64,000 nucleotides of DNA from Eledone cirrhosa (GCA_964016885.1 OZ024743.1:220038001-220102000); one strand, 5' to 3'; numbered from the stretch's first letter, positions 1 to 14,135 are shown. The notes: a model not told the origin generated them from the sequence alone. A program made the numbers and translations.

Positions 1-330
1 TATAGGTTACAGGTATATAAAATTATAGGTAGTGTATATTGGACTTAAAAGTATATTGAAGAGGTAAAATCCCAACGGGGAGCCCAGCTGTTTTAACTTG
101 AGTTCTGAAAGGTATTTTCCAAGGTAAAATACCTGTGGAACTCAAATTAAAATGTGTAAATGCGCCGTTGGAGTTCTATCGCTTCTATATACCACTTTGC
201 ATCTTATCCAGCATCGAATACTATCCTAATTTGCGGGCTTCTCGGTCTTCGTACCGTAGCCACTCCATATATATATAAATATATACATATTCTCAATGTC
301 TTTCAATTTCTTCTTTTATTTCTCATTCTA

Positions 331-366
331 TCTTTTGATGAAGGACTACTTTCCGAAACGTCAAAA
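331..366 (+). ncRNA. Minimal type I hammerhead-like motif (PLE-type)
   Basis: TTGATGA-A-GGA(ctactt)TCC-GAAA-CGTC. Confidence 0.55.
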
Positions 367-555
367 CTCTTTTCCTACTATATCAAGCGTTAACAAATAA
401 ATTTCTTCATTGTACTGTGTCATTTGCTTTGTTATTTCTTTTTACTTTTGGCATTTCCAAGAGATGACAACATGAATGGACCTGTTATTTTTCTCTAAAA
501 ACATTTTTCCAATTCCACCCCGCCCATTCCTTCAATCTATGTAATTTCTCTTTCT

Positions 556-592
556 TTCTTCCGATGAAGGACTACCGTCCGAAACGTTAAGG
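556..592 (+). ncRNA. Minimal type I hammerhead-like motif (PLE-type)
   Basis: ctt-CCGATGA-A-GGAC(tacc)GTCC-GAAA-CGTT-aag, with palindromic stem III AACGTT. Confidence 0.65.
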
Positions 593-694
593 CCCTCTTC
601 CTACTATTTCAAGCGTTAATCTAATATATTCCTACCATATACTATACCGGTTGTGTAGTTATTTCTGTTTATCTTTTACATGCATACATACATA

Positions 695-757
<63 letters not shown>

Positions 758-899
758 ATAATAAATGTGTAGACTAAAATCTGTTCCTATAATATATATA
801 TATATATATATAGTTAAAAATTGAACGGGAACAAAACAGAGAGGCAGTACAAACAAAGGTTTATTAATTTCACGCTCTTGAGAGTGGGGTGGTGGTGGG

Positions 900-935
900 G
901 AACGACGTTTCGGGCACAAGCCCTTCTTCAGGTGA
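900..935 (-). ncRNA. Minimal hammerhead motif in the PLE 3' end
   Basis: Minus strand: CTGAAGA-A-GGGC(ttgt)GCCC-GAAA-CGTC; stem I is weak. Confidence 0.7.
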
Positions 936-2457
936 AAAATGTGTGGGAAGAGAGTTCAAAGGGTGTGTAGGGGAGTGGTGGAGAGACATATAGCAAAAAG
1001 GGGGTGAGAGGAAACGGTGCAAATGAAATTAAAAATAAAGGCATGATCAAAATAAAATTAAAATGGGGTAAAATAGGTGGTGGAAGGGTGTGGGGCCTGT
1101 AGGGGTGGTGGCGGGTGGAGTGGGGAGAGGGAAACGGGGTGTCCGAGCGGGGAGGGCTGAAGGTGGTGTGTGTGTGTAGGTGTACGTGTGTGTGTGTGTA
1201 TGTGAAAGCAAGGGTTGGGGGGAAGAACGGGGTTGCATGTTCAGGAAGAGGTGTGTGTGGGGTGGGGTGTAGGTCGGAGTGTGTGTGCGTGTGTGGATAG
1301 AGGGTGGGGGAGAGGATTCCGGAGGCTGAATGTGTAAATATGTGGTGGTACGCACGTGTGTGTGTGGTGTTTATGCGTGTTGTGGATGTAGGTGGCGTGT
1401 GGGAAAAACATTTTTTTGGGGGGTGTTATGTGGGGTGAGTCATAAAGGTAATTCCGTAAAAAGATGTGGTGGAATGCTGAGTAAAATCCTGGGATGCGGT
1501 GGATTCTCGGGATCAAGGTTCACATATGTGTAATCCGTGAAGAGATTGGTCGGAAGAGGGGAGATGTGGGGTGCGCGCGCTACTGGAAGTGGTCAGAGGG
1601 TCAAGGCAGGAGGAGTGTTGTGTGTCTCTGTGTGCGGGGAGGTGGTCAGAGGGCATAGCAGCAGTAGGGTAGAATGGTAAGTGAAGGTGTGTTGTGTGTC
1701 TGTGTGTGCGGGGAGGTGGTCAGAGGGCATAGCAGCAGTAGGGTAGAATGGTAAGTGAAGGTGTGTCAGTGTGTGCGGTGGACAGGGGAGAGGATGGGTA
1801 GGTGTGAAAGTTGGAGTGGGGAGGGTGTGTGTGTGTACTAGTAGAGGTGTTAGTGGGATGAGTGAGTGTTTGAGAAAGGGTGTGGGTGGAGCGGGGAGAG
1901 AAGGGTGTGGGGGACGATGGAGGGAGTGTAGTGTACTGGTGTGTGTGTGTGTGGTGAAGGGGGTGTTAGTGGGTGTTAGTATACAGGAGGTGGAGAAAGG
2001 GTTGAATGCGGGTGTGAGTGGGGGTCAGTGGTGGTAGGGTGTGTAGAGTGGGTGGTGTAAGAGGGTGTGTGTGTACGTGTGCGTAGGGTTGGGGGGTGTT
2101 AGTGATGTTAGTTGCGTGTAGGGTGGGTGGTGTAAGTGGGTGTGTGTGCTCGTGTGCTTGGGGTCAGGGGGTGTTAGTGATGTTAGTTGCGGGGTGGATG
2201 TGTGGGGGTGAGGGTTAGTGGTGGTAGCAGGGTGTGTGTTTAGTGTGAGCGCGTGTATATATGTACCGGTGGGTGTGTGCGTGTGATAAGGAGGGGGGGA
2301 GAAGAAGGGAGGGATGTTAGTATGTTAGTTGGGGAAGGGTGGTCGGATGTGGGGTGGAGGTGTTAGTATTGTTAGTTGTGGGGTGGGCGGTGAAAAGGAG
2401 GGGTGTGTTAGTGGTGTTAGTGGGGGATATGTGTGGGGGGAGGGTGGCGGTCGAAGG

Positions 2458-3288
2458 CTAAAGGAATAAGGGTGGGGAGTTCAGGCCGGGGGGAGTGTGG
2501 GTCTGTAAGATGAAGATGGTTCGTTGTTCGACTCTTAGGAGATTGGCGGGTGTTCCGTGGCATTGGAGTAGGCCACAGACTGTGAGATGGTGTGCGGAAT
2601 GTCCAGGGGCACCAAAGTGGCGGGCGATGGGGGAACTACCACCGAGACGAATATCCCGGAGGTGCTCAGTAAATCTGTCCGCCAGGCGACGTCCAGTCTG
2701 TCCGACGTAAGTCCGTAGACTAGGTTGGAGGAAGTGCAGCGGAAGGCATGCCGGACAGAGAGAGAGTGGTCGTTGGGACCCTGGAAGGTGGTGGTGTTGG
2801 TAATGTGGGGACAGGTGTTGCAGCGGGGCCTAGAACAGGGAAAGGAACCGGGGGGGGAAAGAGCGGGGGGGGGTAGGGAGCTGTGGACGAGGAGGGTGCG
2901 GAGATTGCGTGCGCGTTTGAAGGAGGGGAGTGATGGGGCTGGGAAGATGTGGGAGGTGGAGGGGTCGGACTGGAGGCGTCGGAAGAGGCGGCGGAGGGGT
3001 AAGGTGGAGGGGTGGTAGGTGATGGGGAAGGGGAGACGGTGGGTGGGTGGGTGTGCGGTGGCGTGGGGTGAGGGTGGTGGAGCGGTGGACAGCACGGGCG
3101 CGGGTGAGAGCAGTGTGGACGAGAGGGGGGGGGGGGGGGTAACCTCTGCGGATGAAATGGCTGACTAGGGAAAGGGCCTGGGACTCAAAGTCGGCATCTC
3201 GGCTACAGAGGCGGCGGATCCTGAGGAGTTGGGAGTAGGGAATAGAGTGTTTAGTGTGTGTGGGGTGGGAAGAGGTGAAGAAGGAGAA
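2458..3288 (-). pseudogene. Disrupted PLE ORF: RT C-terminus plus Cys linker plus GIY-YIG endonuclease
   Basis: SSHPTHTKHSIPYSQLLRIRRLCS...RGYP; CSRPRCNTC; CTSSNLVY then (shifted frame) YVGQTGRRLADRFTEHLRDI...EQRTIFILQTHTPPGLN-stop at 2458. There is a frameshift near the poly-G run and an apparent deletion between the GIY and YIG motifs. Confidence 0.85.
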
Positions 3289-3307
3289 TATATATATATA
3301 TATAAAA

Positions 3308-3349
<42 letters not shown>

Positions 3350-3770
3350 CGTGCGTGTGTGTGTTTGTGTTTGTACATAAATATATATATTGCGTATATA
3401 TGTGATTGTGTGTATTTGTATTTGTCTATATATTACTCGTAATACTTAAAAAAAATAATAAAATGCAATGCCGGCGTATATTACATAAAATGGACTGGTG
3501 TAAAATGACGAAAGTACATCACATATATTTCACAGCCTAATAACGCTATAGGGTGATATAAAAACAAAATAATATATTGTACAATAATGTGAACATACCA
3601 AATAATATTTACAATAAGATTTATATTCTCGTACAACATCAATAGATAACCAACTAAAGCTTTTGTCATGTCTAGTATATATTTAAACCCTGCTGAAACA
3701 GACTCATAATTATATTAAATATCCCTACATCACTTCGTGGTTGATCAATGATGTAGACAGGACCGTATTA

Positions 3771-3944
3771 CAGTGAAATTCCGTTATAACGAAATTCACG
3801 GGGTATAATAAAAAAATTCGTTGTAACGAAAAATTCTTTATAACGAGATAATCGAAACATCGATCGTATGGTCGGGATTGAAAAAAAATTTCGTTATACT
3901 GAAAAATTCCTTATAATGGTATTCGTTATAACGGAATTTTACTG
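3771..3944. mobile_element. Tc1/mariner-superfamily (pogo/Tigger-like) MITE
   Basis: TIRs CAGTGAAATTCCGTTATAACGAA / TTCGTTATAACGGAATTTTACTG, TA on both sides, and internal CGTTATAAC-like subrepeats. Confidence 0.85.
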
Positions 3945-4860
3945 TATTGATAAGTGACTAGATTGAAGCTTAGTAATCCTGAACCTGCTTGGAGATCCTC
4001 AGGTTTTCTTTTTGGTGTAGTGGAATGAATGATTAATGTCTCCCAGTGGTATTAAGAAACCTGAAAGCCTAGGGGCTCATCCATTGATTAATACAGCCCA
4101 TAAAAACCTTCTCAATACGGGTCAAAAATCGATTAAGGATGTTCATAATGTGTTTCAATCTAAGAAGAAATACGTAAACTTGACATGTTTACACTTCTAT
4201 ATACCCAATATATTCATATACGCATTTATGTTATCACAGGTATATCTGGTACTGAACAAGTACAAATATAAATTTATCATATACATCGGCAGCTAAAGCC
4301 AAATCTAGTTATATATATTGAAATTAACTACCAACATAGGCATTAATAATATACAAATTTGTAGGCGAATTTCAATGATAATACTATAAGGTATATATAT
4401 CCTTTACTCAGAGATGACCCGTCAGATATACCCGTCAGAGATGACATACAAAAAGGTTGAGATTCCATTACAGATGTTCATCTTTTCGATACGCAGAGAA
4501 TACATTTTACACGTTTATTAATCTAGCATATATTTACAATATGTATATTTATATACACTTACACAGATATATATTATTCTCATAATCGTTAAATGAAATG
4601 AGGTATGTATAATGAAAACCCAAAATGCAGATTGACAACATCTAAGAATGTATATAATAATAATTGTTTCTACTTTTGGCACAAAACTATTTTACTGTAA
4701 ATATTATTCTATATTTCCAATAGGAAAGGCTTGCGAGCTCGCGTGACTGCAAATATGTGTGAGAATATATTTTGTTGGCTGGTGCAATTGAGTGCGAGCA
4801 TATGTGTGTGTGTGTCGGTTTATATGGGTATATGCCATACAAACGTCCACTTTATCTCCC

Positions 4861-4967
<107 letters not shown>

Positions 4968-5121
4968 ATGATCCCTCTTAGGGAGAAAGTAGAGATTATT
5001 TGGTTAAACTTTTAATCTGTGCTAACAAGAAATATTTGCTCTACGAGTTTATATATATACTTATATATATACAACCCTTATCGAGTCTTCTCTGGATTTT
5101 GATCTCTGTATTTATCATTAT

Positions 5122-5167
<46 letters not shown>

Positions 5168-5169
5168 GG

Positions 5170-5545
5170 TCACTATTGATGTAGGGGGCACGTTTCTGGC
5201 TTTCCGCATTAGCATCGGTAAAGTGGAAGTCTTTTGCATTTGTTGGTGATGTGGGATTTCATGTCATTGGTACAGGAGTAGCCTATTTTGACAGTATGGT
5301 GGTTGAATATTTGCCGGTATTTATGGCCTACCGGGAAGTGAAAATCTAAGAGAGCTAGGAGTTTTCTACCTACATTAGTCTTCATGTCGAGCGCGAATGG
5401 TGACGCGAGCCAAGCGACGGCTTTATGTCCAGATTTGTTTCTTGGTAGATATAGGGCGGCGATCTGGAGAGTAAGAGATTCTCTCGAAAAAGCCGGTGTT
5501 GCTTAAGGCTGAATTGTAGTAGGGGGCTGTTGATGTTATCATTGA
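5170..5545 (-). pseudogene. Degenerate fragment of a second PLE type (RT-to-endonuclease linker, Naiad-like)
   Basis: Manual translation gives APYYNSALSNTGF, then a frameshift, then WLASPFALDMKTNVGRKLLALLDFHFPVGHKYRQIFNHHTVKIGYSCTNDM. This resembles the PLE WFNPPF...HFP...IFNRNTVKVSYSC segment. Flanked by (TA)n. Confidence 0.65.
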
Positions 5546-5546
5546 G

Positions 5547-5594
<48 letters not shown>

Positions 5595-5596
5595 AT

Positions 5597-5802
5597 ATTA
5601 GAAAGTGAGGTTTTTTTTACAAAATGAAAAATAACCGAGGTGTCCTACACGAGTGAAAGTATAAAGAAAAATAGATGAAATCGAAAATGCAAATGGAGTC
5701 TTATTTAAAAAAAATATATATATATTTATTTGGTTCCTTTACCGGTTTCGCAGTTCTTCTGCTTTTCAAAAGGTGAGTTGAGATGGAGGGTCTGTGGTTT
5801 TT
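5597..5802 (-). mobile_element. Short PLE-tail-like fragment with U3-A8 variant hammerhead (5736-5773); same family as 12466-12818 and 54200-54353
   Basis: Near-identical to the reverse complement of about 12615-12818. Minus strand: cctt-TTGAAAA-GCAG(aagaa)CTGC-GAAA-CCGGT-A-aagg. Confidence 0.7.
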
Positions 5803-5883
5803 TATATCCGCCCACTCTCAAAAGCGTGAACCTAATAAACTCTTATTTGTACTGCCTCTCTGTTTTAGTTACCGTCTAAGTTT

Positions 5884-5922
<39 letters not shown>

Positions 5923-5924
<2 letters not shown>

Positions 5925-6308
5925 GTGAGCGCTACATTATCTGCATGATGTGGAAAATATTCCATCAGCTTTGCCCAAATGGTGTTGGCATCACCTTTAA
6001 TGTACACCCAAGGCTTGGGCCCCGTGCTATCCGCCCACTACAACAATCTCACTTGCATCTCATAACAACAATACGGCACAATTATCTCACTTCAATTGGC
6101 CCTGCATTCTTCTACATTACACCAAAACACATCAAAGCAGAGACAGACCCCATCAAGTTCAAGAAGTCTTTGGATAAGTTCCTTCAAGAAATCCCGGATA
6201 AGCCTCCTACACCCGGATATGCCTCTGTAAACAATAACTCTCTGCTCGAGTGGGCCATGGTGCCCAAACACTAATTTGTAAGACTTCGCCAGGTGGTGCT
6301 ATTAAGTT
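5923..6308 (+). mobile_element. 3' end of a CR1/L2-group LINE
   Basis: RERYIICMMWKIFHQLCPN...FKKSLDKFLQEIPDKP...NNSLLEW resembles the C-terminus of invertebrate CR1-group ORF2. Bounded by (TA)n. Confidence 0.6.
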
Positions 6309-6867
6309 ATATATATATATATATATATACTCTTTTACTCTTTTACCTGTTCCAGTCATCCGGCTGAGGCCATGCTGGGGCACCGATGCATATACATTTG
6401 TGAGTGTTCAAATCTAATCAATCAATATTCATATATGTATGTATATATATATATATATGTACATAATACATACATATATATGTGTATATATACACATATA
6501 TATGTATGTATTATGTACATATATATATACATATATATGTACATAATACATACATATATATATGTGTATATGTACATAATACAAACACACACACACATAT
6601 ATAAATATATTTATACATATACATGTGAGTGTGCACAAATATAATCAATGAATTTATATATAGTTATATATGTATATACATATAAATAAGATAGCCATAT
6701 ATATGTGTATATATATATATATATTTCGTTTCTGAATTTGTTTAGCAAGATTCTTTATCTGAAATCGTGTGTTGAAACCGATATTGTTATACTTTGGGAG
6801 GGTCATGTTGAAGTGAAAGCAACTGGTGCGTGTGTTTCTTATTGGCAACATGACCCTCCCAAAGTAT

Positions 6868-6936
<69 letters not shown>

Positions 6937-7288
6937 ATCAAAAGATGGTTAAAAGAGTTCCAAGTATTTTATTATGCGCATTTCAAAAACAAATATCATC
7001 ATAGGATGATTTCTGCGTTTTCATCAGATAAAATAGGGATACATGATATGAAGCTTAAAAAAACACTTGTGAATAGTGAAGTTTTAAATCAACATATGAA
7101 AAATAATTTAAGATTGATGTATGAGATTGGGAAAAAGTGAGGGGTGGGAGGTAAGGAAGAGGAGGAGATGAGAGTAAAGAATGGTGGGGGAGGAGTATAA
7201 GAAGGAAGGATGAGAGAGGAGGAGAGATGGGTGATAGAGAGAGAGAGAAAGCCTTTACAACTGAGAAAAAAATATATATTGCCTCACA

Positions 7289-7356
<68 letters not shown>

Positions 7357-7746
7357 TCGCATATATACGTTTCTTGTAACTTCATGCTATATACTATTCC
7401 CGCCGAGGTTAACTTTGCCCTACGGGTAGATAAAATAAAGTACCAGTAATGTACTGGGTAATTGCTGGCCTTGTGCCAAAAGTAGATTGTTATATAGGCG
7501 ATGTATTTATTACAGTGGCAAAAAATGAATTTTATAGGAAAGAAAAACTTATATTCCACACCTTTCTCTACAAGGAACTGGAACCACAGTTACTTACGTT
7601 CATTTATAGTAAGGGTCTATAGATGATTAAATCGACCTTAGTATTTGACTGGTACTTCATTTGAACTAAGAGCATCGAAACAAATACCACAGCCTCTGTG
7701 TGGTTACTTGAGGTAGCCGTTGTGTTCACTTGAGGTAGCCTGTATG

Positions 7747-8358
7747 TGATGATGATGATGATGATGGTGATGATGATAGTGGTGGTGGTGGTGATGGTGG
7801 TGATGATGATGATGATGATGGTGATGGTGATGGTGATGATGATGGTGGTGGTGGTGGTAGTGGTGGTGGTGATGATGATGGTGGTGGTAGTGGTGGTGGT
7901 GATGATGATGGTGGTGGTGGTGGTAGTGGTGGTGGTGATGATGATGGTGGTGGCGGTGGTAGTGGTGGTGGTGATGATGATGATGGTGATGATGGTGATG
8001 ATGATAGTGGTGATGGTGGTGGTGGTGATGGTGGTGATGATGATGATGATGGTGGTGGTGGTAGTGGTGGTGGTGATGATGATGGTGGTGGTAGTGGTGG
8101 TGATGATGGTGATGATGATAGTGGTGATGGTGGTGGTGGTAGTGGTGGTGATGATGATGATGGTGATGGTGGTGGTGGTAGTGGTGGTGATGGTGGTGGT
8201 GATGGTGGTGGTGGTGATGGTGGTGATGATGGTGGTGGTGGTGGTGGTGATGATGGTGATGGTGATGATGATTGTGGTGGTGTTGATGATGATGATGATG
8301 ATGGTGGTGATGGTGATGGTGATGGTGATGGTGATGATGATGATGGTGGTGGTGGTGG

Positions 8359-8389
<31 letters not shown>

Positions 8390-8858
8390 GGTGGTAGTGT
8401 TGGTGGTGGTGGTGGTGGTGGTAATGATAGTGTTGATGATGATGGTGGTGATGATGATGATGATGATGATGGTGGTGATGATGGTGGTGGTAGTGTTGGT
8501 GGTGGTGGTGGTGGTAATGATAGTGTTGATGATGATGATGAACACAATCAACTTGATGATCACCATCGTTGTCATCGTAAACAACAACAAGACCACCATC
8601 AATATGATCGGCAACGCCATCATAATCATTATCATCCTCAGGATCACCTGCATCAAATACCCTATTACCATCATCATCATCATCATTGCCACCATAATCA
8701 ATCTTATCATCATCATTCACATCATCATCATCACCATTATCAACACCACCAAAGCCAGCAGTAACTCCATGATTACAACCACTACCATCATCATCATCAT
8801 CTTCATCAACACGAAGGGGAGTGAAAACACAAACAATTTCAATCATATATCATCATCA
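7747..8858. repeat. Compound trinucleotide array: (GAT/GGT)n then degenerate (CAT/CAC)n
   Basis: Seen directly; strand polarity flips at about 8545. Confidence 0.95.
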
Positions 8859-9239
8859 GAACCGTTTTACGTCCGTTCTTCCACGCTAGCATGGGTTAGA
8901 CGGGTTGTCCTGTTGTGGGCAGTGTCTGGTCGGTTGACCATGCCTTGCTCATACAGGAACTGTTTTTCGCTTGATATCTACAGCTGGATGCCCTTCCTAA
9001 CACCAACCTCATTTACAGTGTGGGCTGGGTGCTTTTTTGCCGTAGCACCTCCACGACCACCTTGCGGTGGGGAGTGTGGGGGCATATTGTCTATATGCTT
9101 CAGCTTGTACCCATGGGAGGTCGGGTACTCTGTATTACTACGTGACGCCAGAGGTCACGGTCGTGTGTCATCGCCTTTGAGAGGTGTAATTGGGTAAGGT
9201 CGGCTTTTATCACCTCATCCCAGGTCATCTTGGGTCTCC

Positions 9240-9241
<2 letters not shown>
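8850..9241 (-). mobile_element. 3' end of an RTE-group LINE with (GAT)n tail
   Basis: [15 protein letters not shown]...MTHDRDLWR (RTE C-terminal GRPxxxW/DRxxWR motifs), then a 3' UTR ending GGACGTAAAACGGTTCTGATGATGAT. Confidence 0.7.
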
Positions 9242-9298
<57 letters not shown>

Positions 9299-9300
9299 TA

Positions 9301-9340
<40 letters not shown>

Positions 9341-9355
9341 CACACACACACACAT

Positions 9356-9420
<65 letters not shown>

Positions 9421-9497
9421 TATATATATACACACATATATATATACACATATATATATATATATACACACATATATATATATACGTATATATATAT

Positions 9498-9566
<69 letters not shown>

Positions 9567-9567
9567 A

Positions 9568-9623
<56 letters not shown>

Positions 9624-9793
9624 TAAATGTGTATATATATATATATATGTATATGTATATATATATATACAAATTACATATATATACACACATGTATATA
9701 TATGTATATATAAATATATATATATATACACGAATGTATGTGTGTGCGTGCATATGTATATACATATATATATGTATATATATATATATAAGA

Positions 9794-9864
<71 letters not shown>

Positions 9865-9937
9865 TATATATATTTATTCATGTGTATGTGTGCGTGCGTG
9901 TATATATATGTGTGTGTGTATGTATAATATATAAATG

Positions 9938-9980
<43 letters not shown>

Positions 9981-10154
9981 GAGGATGTTAGGACAATGGC
10001 CCATAAACGGTCGATAAAGTTACATAAACCGATTCTGTAATAAATTCCATAATACAAATAATGTATTATATGATAGCATTATCTGGTAGTAGAGTGGAAT
10101 ACTACTTGAAATGATTGAAAACTGTTATATATGGCTTTATATCTGTATGTATAT

Positions 10155-10189
<35 letters not shown>

Positions 10190-10261
10190 CATTATATACA
10201 AATATATAAACAAAATTTAAACCTTTTAGAGCTGACACTAGCTACTTAGTCAAGAATATAA

Positions 10262-10344
<83 letters not shown>

Positions 10345-10347
10345 GTA

Positions 10348-10419
<72 letters not shown>

Positions 10420-10521
10420 AATATATATATACATATATGAATATATATATATATGTATGTATATATATGCATGTATGTATACACATATATATAATATATG
10501 TATGTATATATATATATAATA

Positions 10522-10601
<80 letters not shown>

Positions 10602-10676
10602 TGAATATATATATTATGTATGTATGCATGTATGTATACACATATATAATATATGTATGTATATATATATATAATA

Positions 10677-10757
<81 letters not shown>

Positions 10758-10998
10758 GTATACACACACACACACATATATATATATATATGCATATATA
10801 TGTGTGTGTGTTTCTGAGTGTATATATATATACACATAAGCACACGTTTACACACATCCACGCACACACACATATATGTATAGGTACACGAATCACATAT
10901 TTATAGGTAGATAGATAGGTAATAGTTATACATACATACACAGCCTAGATACTTTGGAAGAAAGATTGATACATAGATATAAAAATAAATAGAAAGAT

Positions 10999-11580
10999 AG
11001 ATAGTTGGTTATAGATGGTTATAGATAGTTGGTTATAGATGGTTATAGATAGTTGGTTATAGATGGTTATAGATAGATGGTTATAGATGGTTATAGATAG
11101 ATGGTTATAGATGGTTATAGATAGTTGGTTATAGATGGTTATAGATAGTTGGTTATAGATGGTTATAGATAGATGGTTATAGATGGTTATAGATAGTTGG
11201 TTATAGATGGTTATAGATAGTTGGTTATAGATGGTTATAGATAGTTGGTTATAGATGGTTATAGATAGTTGGTTATAGATGGTTATAGATAGTTGGTTAT
11301 AGATGGTTATAGATAGATGGTTATAGATGGTTATAGATAGATGGTTATAGATGGTTATAGATAGATGGTTATAGATGGTTATAGATAGATGGTTATAGAT
11401 GGTTATAGATAGTTGGTTATAGATGGTTATAGATAGATGGTTATAGATGGTTATAGATAGTTGGTTATAGATGGTTATAGATAGTTGGTTATAGATGGTT
11501 ATAGATAGATGGTTATAGATGGTTATAGATAGTTGGTTATAGATGGTTATAGATAGTTGGTTATAAATGGTTATAGATAG
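10999..11580. repeat. 24-bp minisatellite, about 24 units, with two variants AGATAG(T/A)TGGTTATAGATGGTTAT
   Basis: Seen directly; 8-aa periodicity N(Q/H)LSITIY in the ORF track. Confidence 0.95.
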
Positions 11581-11781
11581 ATATATTTCTTTATTAGCCA
11601 CAGGGGCACAAAAGAAGGGGACAAATACAAAGGGGGAAGTTTACATACAATAAAAACGTGTAAAATGTTATCACAGATGGAATTTAAAAGTTAGTCGATT
11701 TTCCCCAATAGAGGGAGACAGTTTATATGGGTAACACAGACCCCCGAAAAAAATGTGCAACCCTCATCTCCAGGAGTACGA
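11581..11781 (-). mobile_element. Tx1-like LINE, 3' UTR-only copy (subfamily of 47725-48561)
   Basis: Reverse complement matches about 48355-48555 including AATAAAGAAA-TATATCTATCT; degenerate GATA repeats flank the other side. Confidence 0.85.
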
Positions 11782-11833
11782 GATAGTTAGCTAGATACAT
11801 AGAAATAAAGATAGACAAATAGATAGATATATA

Positions 11834-12210
11834 AATAATTGTTTCTACTTTTGGCACAAGGCCAGCAATTCACCAGTGTATTACTGGTACTTTATTTTAT
11901 CGACGCCATAAGGATGAAAGGCAAAGTTAACCTCGGCGGGATTTGAACTCAGAATGGAAAGGGCCGTAACTCTCTGCGTCAAAGCATGGCGTCCGACCCT
12001 CTACCGATACTACCATATAAATAATTGTTTCTACTTTTGGCACGAGGCCAGCAATTACCCAGTACATTACTGGTATTTTATTTTATCGACCCCGTAAGGA
12101 TGAAAGGCAAAGTCAACCTCGGCGGGATTTGAACTCACATCGTAAAGGGACGTAACTATGCTGCAAAGCATGGCGTCCGACACTCTACCGATACTGCCAA
12201 TCCACATCCT
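11834..12210 (-). mobile_element. Two tandem tRNA-derived SINEs
   Basis: Minus strand has B box GAGTTCAAATCCC and central TTTGCCTTTCATCCTTA(C/T)GG..TCGATAAAATAAA domain (Meta-domain-like). The second copy has a 15-bp TSD TACCATATAAATAAT (12011-12025/12213-12227). Confidence 0.88.
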
Positions 12211-12365
12211 ATTACCATATAAATAATGTCTGCAGATATTTATAAATAACGTCTACGCAAATAGCTCATATTTTGATATATTAACGATTTACATTACTAA
12301 ATAACAATTCTACACACCCACACACCCACGCCCACGCACCAACACATACACGTATACATACACCC

Positions 12366-12818
<453 letters not shown>

Positions 12819-12943
12819 TATATATATATATATATATATATTATCTGGTGAGGACGTACTGTTGAACTTAACTCAGTACCTCTGAAATATGTATAATAAA
12901 ATATAATTGATTACAAGAATATCTATTTTGTTAATATTTTCAA

Positions 12944-13036
<93 letters not shown>

Positions 13037-13118
13037 ATATATATATATTTATATATTTATATATTCATATATATAGATATATTTATATATAAAAAGACAC
13101 ACACACACATACACACAC

Positions 13119-13154
<36 letters not shown>

Positions 13155-13158
13155 ACAC

Positions 13159-13271
<113 letters not shown>

Positions 13272-13616
13272 CATACATTATATACAAATATATAAACAAA
13301 ATTTAAACCTTTTAGAGCTGACACTAGCTACTTAGTTCAGAATATTCACAAAGCACTTTCATGTATTAGTAATATAGCTATAATAGTATTTATAGCAGTA
13401 TTATATTAATAGTACATATTTACATACACACATATGTATATATACAATTATATATATATATATATATATATAATAAAAAATTGAACAGGGACAGAACAGA
13501 GAGGCAGTACGACAAATGTTTATTAGATTCACGATATATATATATATATATATATACACACAAAGATACACACATATTTATAGATATATGTAGATATGTA
13601 TACACAGGCTGACATA

Positions 13617-13657
<41 letters not shown>

Positions 13658-13709
13658 ATATACAGAGAGAGAGAGAGAGAGAAAGCTGCATGTGTGTGTG
13701 TATATTTAT

Positions 13710-13797
<88 letters not shown>

Positions 13798-14017
13798 CAA
13801 TATAAGCTTGTCTTTATTGACTTATATCGAGACAGACAAATTGTATTCACTTTAATTAGTTTATTTCATTAATAGCTGACTATCTGTTGCAATGCAAACA
13901 CGTTTTGTGTTTATCATATATTTTAATGTATTTAACTGCTCGGAAATGCCCCTTTCCTGGAGCTTAATTTTTGTAAAGGACTGAGAGCCTATTCTCAAAA
14001 TATCATATAGTATATAT

Positions 14018-14135
14018 TTGAGTTCAAATCCCGCCGAGGTTAACTTTGCCTTTCATCCTTACGGGGTCGATAAAATAAAGTACCAGTAATGCACTGGGTA
14101 ATTACTGGCCTTGTGCCAAAAGTAGAAACAATTAT
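14018..14135 (+). mobile_element. 5'-truncated tRNA-derived SINE
   Basis: B box through 3' end, same family as 41924-42115; another partial copy at 7398-7492. Confidence 0.8.

Larger units (their letters stand above)
813..3288 (-). mobile_element. 5'-truncated Penelope-like element (Neptune-like) with long 3' region and terminal hammerhead, inserted in (TA)n
   Basis: Contains an RT C-terminal region and a GIY-YIG relic, an HHR at 900-935, and a 3' end shared with short fragments elsewhere in the window. (TA)n lies on both sides. Confidence 0.85.

Noticed and set aside
7706-7740. Twin ACTTGAGGTAGCC motifs (let-7 seed matches CTACCTCA on the gene strand)
   Set aside because: The position is apparently intronic, there is no pre-miRNA hairpin, and a 13-bp local duplication explains it.
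7604-9197. Long poly-His, poly-Thr/Ile, poly-Pro/Ser and poly-Met/Val ORFs as a possible further exon
   Set aside because: Several frames are open only because of the triplet repeat, and no conserved domain or homeobox follows.
10945-11601. 218-aa repeat protein or CRISPR-like array
   Set aside because: Contiguous 24-bp tandem units with no unique spacers, no cas genes, and a eukaryotic context.
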